Assembly: GCA_965263275.1 (NCBI GenBank)
Contig: OZ253668.1
Coordinates: forward strand, 1,756,857 to 1,820,856
DNA length: 64,000 nucleotides
Direction of reading: 5' to 3'
Source of the DNA: Thermodesulfobacteriota bacterium
GTDB taxonomy: Bacteria; Desulfobacterota_D; UBA1144; Nemesobacterales; Nemesobacteraceae
A program made the translations under genes and the position numbers. Below, piece by piece: positions 36,777-46,815 of this stretch (the first letter of the stretch is position 1; each line of letters begins with the position of its first letter). The notes beneath the pieces are model-generated. The model was not told the origin of the DNA and ran no database searches. It was given only the letters and a program-made list of their open reading frames with translations.

Positions 36777-38762
36777 GTGCTGGCTTTAATAGTTCTTGCG
36801 CCGCTTGCGGGAGCGATTTTCAACGGGCTTTTCTTTGCCACCGGTCTTTGCGGAAAGCTTACCGGAGCCGGAAGACATACAAGTGACAGGATTGTTGGGA
36901 CGGTGGCGTGCGCGGCAGTTTTGGTTTCAGCCCTTCTGTCCACGCGTCTTTTCCTTGACCTTCTTTCTCAGAGCCCAGCCGGAACCGAGCCGATTACGGC
37001 TGGGCTTTTCACCTGGATTCTCTCGGGCACTCTTAACGTAAGTTTCGAGTTTTTGTTTGATTCTCTATCCGCCGTAATGGCCCTTGTCGTGACGTGGATA
37101 GGATTTTTAATCCATGTTTACTCGATCGGCTACATGCACCACGATCGCTGTTACGCGCGTTATTTCACTTACCTCAACATTTTCGTCTTCTTCATGCTCG
37201 TTCTGATCCTGGGCAACAACTTCCCAATGATGTTTATTGGATGGGAGGGAGTGGGTCTTGCCTCCTATCTGCTTATAGGGTTCTGGTATGAAGACTCGTT
37301 TAGGGTGTACGCGGGAAGAAAGGCTTTTGTGGTCAACAGGATAGGGGACTTCGGATTTATTCTCGGTATCTTCCTTATTTTTACAGTGTTTGGTTCGCTT
37401 AACTACCAGGATGTTTTCTCCCAGCTTGGTGACCCGGCTTTCGTTTCCGGGATTTCACAGTCGCTTATAACAGCGATGGCGCTTCTTCTGTTTGTGGGCG
37501 CCGTCGGGAAATCGGCGCAGTTTCCCCTTCACGTCTGGCTTCCGGACGCTATGGCGGGTCCGACTGCGGTGAGCGCCCTTATTCACGCTGCGACCATGGT
37601 TACCGCCGGGGTTTACATGGTAAGCCGCTGCTCGGCGCTTTTTGACCTGAGTCCCGTGGCTTCAAACGTCGTTTTGATCGTTGCAGCGTTCACCGCGTTT
37701 TTCGCCGCCACGATAGCCATAACTCAGAACGACATAAAAAAGGTGCTTGCTTACTCGACCGTGAGTCAGCTGGGTTACATGCTGATGGCTGCGGGAGCGG
37801 GGGCATATGTGTTTTCGATATTTCATCTGGTTACCCATGCTTTTTTCAAGGCGCTTCTTTTCCTCGGGGCGGGAAGCGTTATACACGCCATGGCCGGAGA
37901 GCAAGATATAAGAAAGATGGGTGGGCTTCGCGGAATGATTCCCGTAACGGCAGTTACGTTTCTTGTGGCGACGCTTGCGATTTCCGGGGTTCCTCTGCTC
38001 TCGGGATTTTTCAGCAAGGATGAGATACTGGCCTCGCTTTATAACGGCGGCCATACGTTTTTCTGGGTTGTGGGGCTTATGACTGCGGTACTGACCGCTT
38101 TTTACATGACAAGGCTCTACGTGCTTACCTTTGAGGGGGCGGCGAGGATGGATTATAAGACCAAAAGCCGCGTGCACGAATCCCCGGCCGTAATGACGGT
38201 ACCTCTTGTGGCTCTTGCCGTTCTGTCGGTTCTGGGAGGTCTTCTGGGTGTGCCGGAGTTTATCGGCGAAAGTGTGGGTTTTCATTACACGGGACTTATT
38301 GAGAAATTCCTTTCCTCTTCCGTAGTGGTCCACCACGGTGCGGAACATGCCTCTTCTCACCATTTTGGTCACTGGACTCTTGTAGGATTTTCGGTGCTTG
38401 CCGCCTTTGCGGGAATAGCCGCCGGTGTTGCGGTTTATTACCGCGGGCTGAGGGAAACCGCCGTAATCCCAGGAGAAGCGGCCGCCACGGTCCAAAGAGG
38501 GTCTTACAATAAGTGGTACGTGGACGAAATCTATGATGCGGTTTTTGTATCTCCGTTTAATTATGTCTCGGGACTGTTTTCCGATTTTGATCTCTCGGTA
38601 ATCGATGGTGCGCTTAACGGACTGAGTGATTTCCTAAGGGACCTCTCAAGACGGCTTAGCGCCCTTCAGTCCGGTCTGCTCAGATATTACGCGGCGGCGA
38701 TGGTCGGCGGGGTTGTCGTAATAATCGTCCTTCTTTTCATCTACAGTTCCATGGGTTCCTGA
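36777..38762 (+). CDS. nuoL: NADH-quinone oxidoreductase subunit L (no nuoM/nuoN follows)
   Basis: 661 aa. …WEGVGLASYLLIGFWYEDSF…, HAFFKALLFLGAGSVIHAM…, and an antiporter-like subunit with a long C-terminal horizontal helix. Confidence 0.9.
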   Translation: MLALIVLAPLAGAIFNGLFFATGLCGKLTGAGRHTSDRIVGTVACAAVLVSALLSTRLFLDLLSQSPAGTEPITAGLFTWILSGTLNVSFEFLFDSLSAVMALVVTWIGFLIHVYSIGYMHHDRCYARYFTYLNIFVFFMLVLILGNNFPMMFIGWEGVGLASYLLIGFWYEDSFRVYAGRKAFVVNRIGDFGFILGIFLIFTVFGSLNYQDVFSQLGDPAFVSGISQSLITAMALLLFVGAVGKSAQFPLHVWLPDAMAGPTAVSALIHAATMVTAGVYMVSRCSALFDLSPVASNVVLIVAAFTAFFAATIAITQNDIKKVLAYSTVSQLGYMLMAAGAGAYVFSIFHLVTHAFFKALLFLGAGSVIHAMAGEQDIRKMGGLRGMIPVTAVTFLVATLAISGVPLLSGFFSKDEILASLYNGGHTFFWVVGLMTAVLTAFYMTRLYVLTFEGAARMDYKTKSRVHESPAVMTVPLVALAVLSVLGGLLGVPEFIGESVGFHYTGLIEKFLSSSVVVHHGAEHASSHHFGHWTLVGFSVLAAFAGIAAGVAVYYRGLRETAVIPGEAAATVQRGSYNKWYVDEIYDAVFVSPFNYVSGLFSDFDLSVIDGALNGLSDFLRDLSRRLSALQSGLLRYYAAAMVGGVVVIIVLLFIYSSMGS

Positions 38763-38834
38763 TTAGGACCTTTTTTCCCGAATGATAAGTACACCGCAAT
38801 CTTATGTCTGGATGAATTTACTGATGGAGGTATT

Positions 38835-39374
38835 TTGGCTGAACTGATTGAAAAACTGTTGAGAAGGAAAAGACTGCTGGTAGCGGTTTTAATTGCTGTA
38901 TTCATGCTCTATTTTCTACTTGGGCGTTATGATGTCTCGGCGACGAAGCCGCATCCAGCGATTGTAAACAAGATTCTTCACGGTATTGCCGAGAGGTCGA
39001 TACAAAGAAACTCCGCGAGTCTCACAGTTCCCTACGATATCAATGACAAGAACATGTACGTGAAGGGTTTTAAGGAATACGAAGAGATGTGCGTTCAGTG
39101 TCATGGGGCTCCCGGTGTCGAGCCGTCTTCAACCGGGAAGGGTCTTTTTCCAAAACCTCCCAGATTTCCTGAAGAAAAGCTGTCTGAATATTCTCTGAAA
39201 GATATTTTTTGGGTCACAAAAAACGGGGTCAAAATGACGGGAATGCCCGCTTATGGACCCACGCACGAAGACGAGATAATCTGGGCGATCGCCATATTTC
39301 TTGATAAATCGAGGGATTTATCCGAAGCGGAATATAAGGAGCTTAAGGATAAATATTCGGATACGCATCATTGA
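38835..39374 (+). CDS. Membrane-anchored monoheme c-type cytochrome
   Basis: N-terminal TM anchor (LLVAVLIAVFMLYFLLG), single CVQCH heme-binding motif, downstream Met ligand region (…GMPAYGP…). Confidence 0.75.
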   Translation: MAELIEKLLRRKRLLVAVLIAVFMLYFLLGRYDVSATKPHPAIVNKILHGIAERSIQRNSASLTVPYDINDKNMYVKGFKEYEEMCVQCHGAPGVEPSSTGKGLFPKPPRFPEEKLSEYSLKDIFWVTKNGVKMTGMPAYGPTHEDEIIWAIAIFLDKSRDLSEAEYKELKDKYSDTHH

Positions 39375-39511
39375 TGGTTTTAGTCTAAGGAAATGTTTAA
39401 GTCATTTAAAAAGTGTTTTTTTCCTCGAGTTGACTTTGTCCGAATAATGGTAAAGGTTACCAATTAGTATAGTTGTTTTATGGATGTACAAAGTTTACAA
39501 TACTTAAAGTT

Positions 39512-39931
39512 ATGCAGGTAAGTAGAACTCTTGATTACGCCGTCAGATGCCTTATCCACATGGGAGGTCAGCCGGGGTTTAAGTTCGGCATGAAGCAGAT
39601 ATCCGAAACCCAGCACATTCCGCAGAACTACTTGGCCAAGGTAATGAGAAGGCTTGTTAATCGCGGCATCCTCAGGTCGAAAGTGGGGCCCGAGGGTGGA
39701 TACATGCTTCGCAAATCCCCACATGAACTCAGCCTAAGAGAGGTATACGAAGCCATAGAGGGAGAGATAAGGATAGTGGACTGCATGGACGACGATGGAC
39801 CCTGCGCTCTCTATGAGAACTGCGGGCAGCTTCCTCTCTGGGATAAGCTCAAAGTGTCCATGATAAGGATTCTTGAAGATACCACTATCGGGGATATGGT
39901 GGAAGAGACTCGGAGCGGCAAAAGACATTAG
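39512..39931 (+). CDS. Rrf2-family transcriptional regulator (IscR/SufR-like, 3 Cys)
   Basis: MQVSRTLDYAVRCLIHMG… wHTH. The cluster Cys triad CMDDDGPCALYENC is IscR-like spacing. Immediately upstream of sufBCD. Confidence 0.8.
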   Translation: MQVSRTLDYAVRCLIHMGGQPGFKFGMKQISETQHIPQNYLAKVMRRLVNRGILRSKVGPEGGYMLRKSPHELSLREVYEAIEGEIRIVDCMDDDGPCALYENCGQLPLWDKLKVSMIRILEDTTIGDMVEETRSGKRH

Positions 39932-39949
39932 CAGGAGGATATTTTCTTA

Positions 39950-41386
39950 ATGAGCGTTGATCTGGAAAAACTCGCGCAAGAGGAGTACAAATACGGGTTC
40001 GTAACCGACGTTGAGCAGGAGATTGCCCCCAAGGGCCTCAACGAAGATGTCATCAGGATGATCTCCTCGAAGAAAAATGAACCTGAGTGGCTTCTAGAAT
40101 GGCGCCTAGGGGCGTATGAGCGCTGGAAGAAGATGAAGGAGCCCCGGTGGGCCTTTCTAAGGTATCCGGACATAGATTTTGACGACATGAGTTATTATGC
40201 GGCGCCGAAAAGCAACCCAAGACCAAAAAGCCTTGATGAAATTGACCCGGAGATAAAGGAGACTTACGATAAGCTCGGGATTCCCCTTGAAGAGCAGAAG
40301 ATGCTGGCGGGCGTTGCGGTCGACGCTGTTTTCGACAGCGTCTCGGTTTTTACGACTTTTAAGGAAAAGCTTGCCGAGGAAGGAGTTATATTCTGCTCAA
40401 TATCCGAGGCCGTGGAGGAACATCCCGATCTCGTGCGCAAGTATCTGGGTTCGGTCGTTCCCCGAGGGGATAATTTCTATGCGGCTTTGAATTCCGCGGT
40501 CTTTACAGACGGTTCTTTCGTCTACGTTCCCAAGGGGTTAAGATGCCCCATGGAACTTTCTACCTATTTCCGCATAAACGCGGAGAACACGGGACAGTTC
40601 GAAAGAACGCTTATAATTGCCGATGAGGGCAGTTACGTCAGTTACCTTGAAGGCTGCACGGCTCCGAAAAGGGATAACAGCCAACTCCACGCCGCGGTGG
40701 TTGAACTCATAGCCCACGATGACGCCACCATAAAGTATTCGACAATACAGAACTGGTACCCGGGAGACAAGCAGGGCAAGGGCGGAATATACAATTTCGT
40801 CACCAAGCGGGGAAGATGCGCGGGCAGGAGTTCCAGAATTTCCTGGACGCAGGTTGAGACCGGTTCCGCGATCACGTGGAAGTATCCGAGCTGTATTCTT
40901 GAAGGAGATAATTCGGTCGGTGAGTTTTACTCCGTCGCCCTTACAAACAGGCTTCAGCAGGCCGACACCGGAACCAAGATGATTCACGTGGGGAAAAACA
41001 CGAGCAGCACGATTATCTCCAAGGGTATTTCCGCGGGCGAGGGACAGAATGTGTACAGAGGACTTGTTGAGATTGGTAAAAACGCCGAGAAGGCGAGAAA
41101 TTACACGCAGTGCGACTCGATGCTTATAGGGGATCGCTGCGGAGCACATACTTTTCCATACATAGAGGTCAGAAATTCCACGGCTCATATGGAGCACGAA
41201 GCTTCTACCTCTAAAATAGGCGAGGACCAGCTGTTTTACTGTCGCCAGAGAGGGCTTTCCGCCGAAGACGCGGTTTCGCTCATAGTGAACGGTTTCTGCA
41301 AGGAGGTTTTCAAGGAACTTCCGTTTGAATTTGCGGTTGAAGCTGAGAAACTGCTGAGCGTAAGTCTTGAGGGAAGCGTGGGTTAA
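39950..41386 (+). CDS. sufB: Fe-S cluster assembly scaffold protein SufB
   Basis: 478 aa. …KYGF…, [17 protein letters not shown], and C-terminal conserved region …[20 protein letters not shown]… typical of SufB. Confidence 0.92.
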   Translation: MSVDLEKLAQEEYKYGFVTDVEQEIAPKGLNEDVIRMISSKKNEPEWLLEWRLGAYERWKKMKEPRWAFLRYPDIDFDDMSYYAAPKSNPRPKSLDEIDPEIKETYDKLGIPLEEQKMLAGVAVDAVFDSVSVFTTFKEKLAEEGVIFCSISEAVEEHPDLVRKYLGSVVPRGDNFYAALNSAVFTDGSFVYVPKGLRCPMELSTYFRINAENTGQFERTLIIADEGSYVSYLEGCTAPKRDNSQLHAAVVELIAHDDATIKYSTIQNWYPGDKQGKGGIYNFVTKRGRCAGRSSRISWTQVETGSAITWKYPSCILEGDNSVGEFYSVALTNRLQQADTGTKMIHVGKNTSSTIISKGISAGEGQNVYRGLVEIGKNAEKARNYTQCDSMLIGDRCGAHTFPYIEVRNSTAHMEHEASTSKIGEDQLFYCRQRGLSAEDAVSLIVNGFCKEVFKELPFEFAVEAEKLLSVSLEGSVG

Positions 41387-41439
41387 TAAGGGTTCTGCCG
41401 AATTCTGAAAAAAAAAAAGATTTTTAGGAGGAGCAAAAC

Positions 41440-42174
41440 ATGCTCGAGGTGAGAAACCTGCATGTGCAGGTGGGTGATAAAGAAATACTGAAAGGGGTGA
41501 ATATCACGGTAGCATCTGGGGAAGTTCACTCGATAATGGGTCCCAACGGTTCCGGGAAAAGCACTCTTTCCCAGGTTCTTGCGGGCAAGGAAACATACGA
41601 GGTTACCGAAGGAGAAATAACTTTTCAGGGTAAGGATCTTCTTGATCTCGAGCCCGAGGAGAGGGCATGCGAGGGGATATTCCTCGCTTTTCAGTACCCC
41701 GTTGAGATCCCAGGAGTTGCGAACACCTATCTTCTTCGCGAAGCCCTTAACGCGAAAAGGGAATATCGGGACGAAAAACCCCTTAAACACATTGAGTTTG
41801 CGAAGCTTGCCAGGGAGAAAATGAAATCGCTCGGTATTGGCGAAGATCTTCTTAGAAGGTCCGTAAACGCCGGGTTCTCGGGTGGGGAGAAGAAAAGAAA
41901 CGAGATATTCCAGATGCAGATACTTGAACCCTCGTTGGCGGTGCTTGACGAGACGGATTCAGGTCTTGACATAGACGCGCTCAAGATAGTGGCAAACGGG
42001 GTGAATTCGATGAGAAACTCCGAGCGCTCTTTTATAATTATAACCCATTACCAGAGACTTCTTAACTATATAGTTCCCGATTTTGTCCACGTGATGGTCG
42101 ATGGAAGAATCGTAAAATCGGGAGGAAAGGAGCTTGCCCAGGAGCTTGAGGAAAAAGGTTACACGGATTTTTAA
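41440..42174 (+). CDS. sufC: Fe-S cluster assembly ATPase SufC
   Basis: MLEVRNLHVQVGDKEILKGVNI…GPNGSGKSTL…LSGGEKKRNEIFQM…LDETDSGLD. ABC ATPase without a TM partner. Confidence 0.95.
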   Translation: MLEVRNLHVQVGDKEILKGVNITVASGEVHSIMGPNGSGKSTLSQVLAGKETYEVTEGEITFQGKDLLDLEPEERACEGIFLAFQYPVEIPGVANTYLLREALNAKREYRDEKPLKHIEFAKLAREKMKSLGIGEDLLRRSVNAGFSGGEKKRNEIFQMQILEPSLAVLDETDSGLDIDALKIVANGVNSMRNSERSFIIITHYQRLLNYIVPDFVHVMVDGRIVKSGGKELAQELEEKGYTDF

Positions 42175-42206
42175 GGCACCGGGTAACCGGCAAGGAGCAT
42201 AATAAG

Positions 42207-43553
42207 ATGGCTATTGTTTTTGACGGTACGCGCGAAAGTTACGTCGAGAGACTCTCTGAGTTTCTCGATAGCGGGAGGAGAGATGCCCCCGGTTGGGTAA
42301 CCGACCTTCGCCGGGATGCGATTTCGGGATTTGGGAAGCTCGGATTTCCGACGCTTCGCGATGAAGAGTGGAGATTTACCAACCTTGAAGCGCTTCGCAG
42401 AGGTTCCTTTTCAATTGCCGAGAATGGAATATCCGAGGTTTCTAAGAAAACCGTGGATTCTTACGGGTTCTCGGGACTTGATTGCCTGCGGCTTGTTTTT
42501 GTAAACGGTCGTTTCGCCTCTTCGCTTTCAGACGCTGGGGATGCCGGGGATGGGATCCTGGTGAAAAGTCTATCGGAGGCGATCCGGGAGGACGGCGATC
42601 TTGTAAGGGATCACTTGGCGAAATACGCCGATTATGAAAAAGACGCTTTTATCTCCCTTAATACATCCTATTTTGAGGACGGAGTATTTGTTTATGTTCC
42701 CGACGGTACCATCTCTGAGAAACCCGTGCATGTTCTTCACGTAGCAACGGATGAAGGCCGTCCTTTATTTATAAACCCGAGAAATCTCATCATAGTCGGG
42801 CAAAGCTCCGCCGCCAAGGTTATCGAGCATTACGTATCGCTTTCCCAAAGTGTTTATTTTTCAAACGTGGTGACGGAAGTTGTCTGCGGGGAAAACGCGA
42901 ACCTTGAGCATTACAGGCTTGAGTTTGAAAGCCAGAAGGCGTTTAATTTCTCTACTCTGAGGGTAAATCAGCAGAAAAACAGTAACATCACTTCTCACTC
43001 CATTCTCTGCGGAGGGGCCATAGTAAGGAATAACGTTCATCCCGTTTTAGCGGGAGAAGGATGTAACTCCGATATTTACGGCCTTTTCATATCCGAGGGA
43101 CGCCAGCACATGGATAACTTCATGCGCGTTGAGCACGCGAGCCCTCATTGCGACAGCCGCCAGTTCTATAATGGCGTGCTTGACGGTCGCTCAAAGGGAG
43201 TTTTTCACGGAAGAATACTGGTTCACGAAGGCGCCGGGAAAACGGACGCAAAGCAGACCAACAGAAATCTTCTTCTCTCTGATACAGCCCAGATAGACAC
43301 GAAGCCTCAACTTGAGATATACAACGATGACGTAAAGTGCACTCATGGCGCCACGATCGGACAGATGGATGAAGAAGCCCTTTTTTACCTATGCTCAAGG
43401 GGGATTCCCATGAGAAAGGCAAAGATCATAATGCTCCGCGCCTTTACTAACGAAACCTTTGAGCATATGTCGATCGATTCCGTGAGGGAGGCTCTTGAGA
43501 GCAAGGTTATGGACTGGTTTGAGCGAAGGCTTGAAACCGGCAACGGTAGGTAA
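42207..43553 (+). CDS. sufD: Fe-S cluster assembly protein SufD
   Basis: 448 aa paralog of SufB lacking the Cys-rich N-terminal region. C-terminal …CTHGATIGQMDEEALFYLCSRGI… is SufD-like. Confidence 0.85.
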   Translation: MAIVFDGTRESYVERLSEFLDSGRRDAPGWVTDLRRDAISGFGKLGFPTLRDEEWRFTNLEALRRGSFSIAENGISEVSKKTVDSYGFSGLDCLRLVFVNGRFASSLSDAGDAGDGILVKSLSEAIREDGDLVRDHLAKYADYEKDAFISLNTSYFEDGVFVYVPDGTISEKPVHVLHVATDEGRPLFINPRNLIIVGQSSAAKVIEHYVSLSQSVYFSNVVTEVVCGENANLEHYRLEFESQKAFNFSTLRVNQQKNSNITSHSILCGGAIVRNNVHPVLAGEGCNSDIYGLFISEGRQHMDNFMRVEHASPHCDSRQFYNGVLDGRSKGVFHGRILVHEGAGKTDAKQTNRNLLLSDTAQIDTKPQLEIYNDDVKCTHGATIGQMDEEALFYLCSRGIPMRKAKIIMLRAFTNETFEHMSIDSVREALESKVMDWFERRLETGNGR

Positions 43554-43557
43554 GCTT

Positions 43558-43872
43558 GTGTCTGATTTCGAGAAAGTGGCGAAGGTTTCAGACGTGGCGG
43601 AAGGAGAAGTGGAATCTTTTTTCGTCGGCACTGAAACGGTTGCCATATGCAGGGTTGACGGAGATTTCTACGCTTTTCGGGATGAGTGCACTCACCAGTG
43701 TTTTCCTCTCTCAGACGGAGATCTTGACGGGGAACGTATCACCTGCTGTTACCACGGGGCCGAGTTCAACGTCAGAACGGGCGAGGTGCTCTGTCTTCCG
43801 GCGGTTGAACCTCTCGAGACCTACCCGGTAAAAATTGACGGGGACGACATACTCATAAAACTCGATGACTGA
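43558..43872 (+). CDS. Rieske [2Fe-2S] domain ferredoxin (suf-operon associated)
   Basis: CTHQCFPLSDG…CCYHGAEF is the Rieske CXH…CXXH motif pair. GTG start 43558, right after the sufD stop. Confidence 0.8.
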   Translation: MSDFEKVAKVSDVAEGEVESFFVGTETVAICRVDGDFYAFRDECTHQCFPLSDGDLDGERITCCYHGAEFNVRTGEVLCLPAVEPLETYPVKIDGDDILIKLDD

Positions 43873-43889
43873 CTATCCCTGCCTTTCTA

Positions 43890-44315
43890 TTAACCCGCGG
43901 GTTTGAATTTGGGGAGTGTGACCTCATCTGTGACGTCATCGAACACGACCTGAACATCCATACCGATGGACACTTCATGGGGATCGACGTCAACGACGTT
44001 AGACATCATCTTAACCCCTTCTTCCATCTCAATTAACGCAACCACGTAAGGGGGTTCCCCCTTGTAGGCCTTGGATGGTCCCATGTGATGTATGGAGAAG
44101 GTCCATACCTTCCCCCGTCCCTCACTCTCAACCCACTCTATGTCATCACTCATGTCCCCTCCGGGGGAAAGAGCTCTTGGGTAAAAGAAAAACTCTCCGG
44201 TCGTCCTTGATCTGGGGATAACCAGCCTGTGCTCCTTAGCCGCATCCCAGAAAGGCTTTGTCTCCGGGCGGAACTCAGGCAAGGGCTTGTTGTACGCTTT
44301 TTTCTCTTCAGACAT
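43890..44315 (-). CDS. DUF35 Zn-ribbon/OB-fold protein (thiolase partner)
   Basis: 141 aa with an OB-fold C-terminal half. Typical size and position of DUF35 proteins encoded next to SCP-x-type thiolases. Confidence 0.55.
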   Translation of the reverse strand: MSEEKKAYNKPLPEFRPETKPFWDAAKEHRLVIPRSRTTGEFFFYPRALSPGGDMSDDIEWVESEGRGKVWTFSIHHMGPSKAYKGEPPYVVALIEMEEGVKMMSNVVDVDPHEVSIGMDVQVVFDDVTDEVTLPKFKPAG

Positions 44316-44337
44316 CTTCTTATTCTCCTTGTTTGTG

Positions 44338-45548
44338 TTAATTAAGCGGCTGGTTGCCCAAAACCACAGTACTGTGAGCAGACACTATGCCGCCGTTTCC
44401 ATGCACTACCGCCACCTCGGGGTTCTCTACCTGCCTCTTACCAGCATCTCCACGAAGTTGTAAAGTAGCTTCAATCACGTGATGCATAGCCCCCAGGTGA
44501 GCCTGCGAGAGCAGTCCCCCGTGGGTGTTAACGGGAAGATCCTTCCCTATCTCCATTCTTCCCTCAAGAGCAAACGGTCCCCCCTCTCCCTTGGGAACAA
44601 ACCCTAGTCCCTCAAGTTCAAGCAGCACGGTTATGGTGAAGCAGTCATAAAGAAACGCTATGTCAACGTCCCTTGGCTCTATCCCCGCAGTGCCGAAAGC
44701 CTTCTGCCCCGAGCGCTCAACAGCGTTGTATATCTGGTCAAGGTTATTAAGCGACGTAAGGTACTGATGGGAGTATCCCTGTCCCATTCCCCAGAGGTAC
44801 GCAAGATCGTTTGTTATTCCAAGCTCCTTCGCCTTGTCCTCTGTAGTGACTATAAAAGCCGCTCCTCCGTCTGAGATAACGGAGCAGTCATACTTGGTAA
44901 GAGGCTCCGCTATAATTCTTGACTCAAGTACGTCCTCTATTGAGAGAGGATCCTTGTTCATGGCGTTTTCTTTATCGGCGGCGTGCTTTCTCATTGTTAC
45001 CGCTACCGCTGCGAGATGCTCTCTGCGGCTACCCCAGTCATGGAGGTATCTCTGCGCCGCAAGCGCGTATCCCCCGGGAGTAGTGAGTCCGTAGGGGAAC
45101 TCAAACTCCGCGTGGCACATCTCCCTTATAAGGGCAAGCATCCCTGAAGAGGATATCCCCGAAAGTGTGTTGTCCCCTCTTACGCAAAGAACAACTTCAG
45201 CCTGTCCCGAAGTTATGGCCATGGCGGCCTCGCCACCATCCACACAGCTGTCGCTCCCCCTACCGCCACCGAGGAGAAGAACCTTGGGTTCATCCCGAAG
45301 TAGTCGGCAAAGGTGGTGCAGTGCATAAAAGTGTGCTCCACCAGGGAGAACGCCGTCACAAGACCGTCGACGTCGTCTTTTTTTAGTCCAGCGTCCTCAA
45401 TAGCGAGCTTTGAAGCTTCGCTCAGGAAATGAAAGGAGCTTTTATTAGGGATTTTACCCTGTTCCGTTTCGCCCACTCCGGCGATAACCACTTTTTTCTT
45501 CTTAAGAAGTTCTCGGGTCTCTTGTATGCCCGGAAGATTCTCTGACAT
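44338..45548 (-). pseudogene. SCP-x/archaeal-type thiolase (acetyl-CoA C-acyltransferase) split by a frameshift at a C5/G5 homopolymer
   Basis: N-fragment 45213-45548 …FADYFGMNPRFFSSVAVGGATAV…*. C-fragment 44338-45243 DGGEAAMAITSGQAEVVLCVRGDN…HGNGGIVSAHSTVVLG. One extra G in the ggggg run (rc of 45256-45260) yields the contiguous …SSVAVGGSDSCVDGGEAAMAITSG… active-site region. Confidence 0.7.
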
Positions 45549-45700
45549 TGTACTGCCTCCTCCTTAACTTAAACGCTCTAAATTCAAAAATTCCGTATCA
45601 TATTACTATATACATCCATTATTTGCCAAATCGTACGTGCAGGACCCGCTCCGCGTGAATTATTCTCCTTTTATGTTCAAAGAAGTATAATGTTTCAGAA

Positions 45701-46798
45701 ATGGAACTTGGATACTTCACTATGCCCCTTCATCCGGCCGGCTCCTCACTTTCCGAGACGCTCGAAGCGGATATGGAGCAGGTGGTTTTTCTTGACGAAA
45801 TCGGTTTCAGGGAAGCTTGGATAGGGGAACACTTCACAGCGGGCTGGGAGAACATACCGGCTCCCGATCTTTTTATAGCCAAAGCCGCCGCACTTACGGA
45901 ACGGATAATCTTCGGTACGGGAGTTTCATGCCTGCCTCAGCATGACCCTTTCATGCTTGCGCACAGAATTGCGGTTCTCGATCACCTGCTTAAGGGAAGA
46001 TTCTACTGGGGAGTAGGAGCCGGGAGTTTCATCGGAGACTTTGAGGCGTTCGGCATAAACCCCAAAACGGGGGAACAGAGACAGCTTATGAACGAGTCTC
46101 TTGAGATGATACTGAATCTATGGAACAATCCCCGCCCGGGCGCTTACGGCAACTCTCGGTGGAGCTTCACCGTTCCCGATCCCGTGGAGAAAATCGGTCT
46201 TGGAGTGCACACGAAACCGTACCAGAAACCCCATCCTCCTATAGCGGTCGCTGGAATCTCGGAGAATTCCGCGAGCCTGAGAACCGCCGGGGAGCGGGAC
46301 TGGATACCCATGAGCATAAATTTCGTTACCCGCGACGTGCTGAAATCTCACTGGGCGGGATACGAGCAGGGGGCAGATGCCGTCGGCAGAATGGCGGAGA
46401 GGGGGAAATGGAGAATCGCAAGGGACGTCTACGTTGCGGAGACCACGGAGGAAGCGAGAAAAGAGGTGATAGAGGGCACGCTCGCAAGAGATTTCCGGGA
46501 TTACTTTTTCAAGATAATTCCCCTGATAAGAAACAACCTGAATCTGTTCAAGGTTGACAAGTCAATGTCTGACCAAGAGGTGACTATGGATTACATGATC
46601 GAAAACATGTGGCTTGTCGGAAGTCCCCAGGAGGTTGCCCGGAAAATAATCGAGCTTCATGAATTTGTCGGAGGATTCGGAGTGCTTCTGGTCATGGGAC
46701 ACGAGTGGAAGCCGAAGGAGAAGTGGCAAAAATCAATGAGTCTGCTCAGAGAAGAAGTTATTCCGATTGTGAAAGAGAATCTGCTGCAGGGGACCTGA
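45701..46798 (+). CDS. LLM-class (luciferase-like) flavin-dependent oxidoreductase
   Basis: MELGYFTMPLHP…REAWIGEHF…, a TIM-barrel luciferase-like monooxygenase family signature. Confidence 0.75.
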   Translation: MELGYFTMPLHPAGSSLSETLEADMEQVVFLDEIGFREAWIGEHFTAGWENIPAPDLFIAKAAALTERIIFGTGVSCLPQHDPFMLAHRIAVLDHLLKGRFYWGVGAGSFIGDFEAFGINPKTGEQRQLMNESLEMILNLWNNPRPGAYGNSRWSFTVPDPVEKIGLGVHTKPYQKPHPPIAVAGISENSASLRTAGERDWIPMSINFVTRDVLKSHWAGYEQGADAVGRMAERGKWRIARDVYVAETTEEARKEVIEGTLARDFRDYFFKIIPLIRNNLNLFKVDKSMSDQEVTMDYMIENMWLVGSPQEVARKIIELHEFVGGFGVLLVMGHEWKPKEKWQKSMSLLREEVIPIVKENLLQGT

Positions 46799-46815
46799 AA
46801 TCCACTCCCTGCTTT

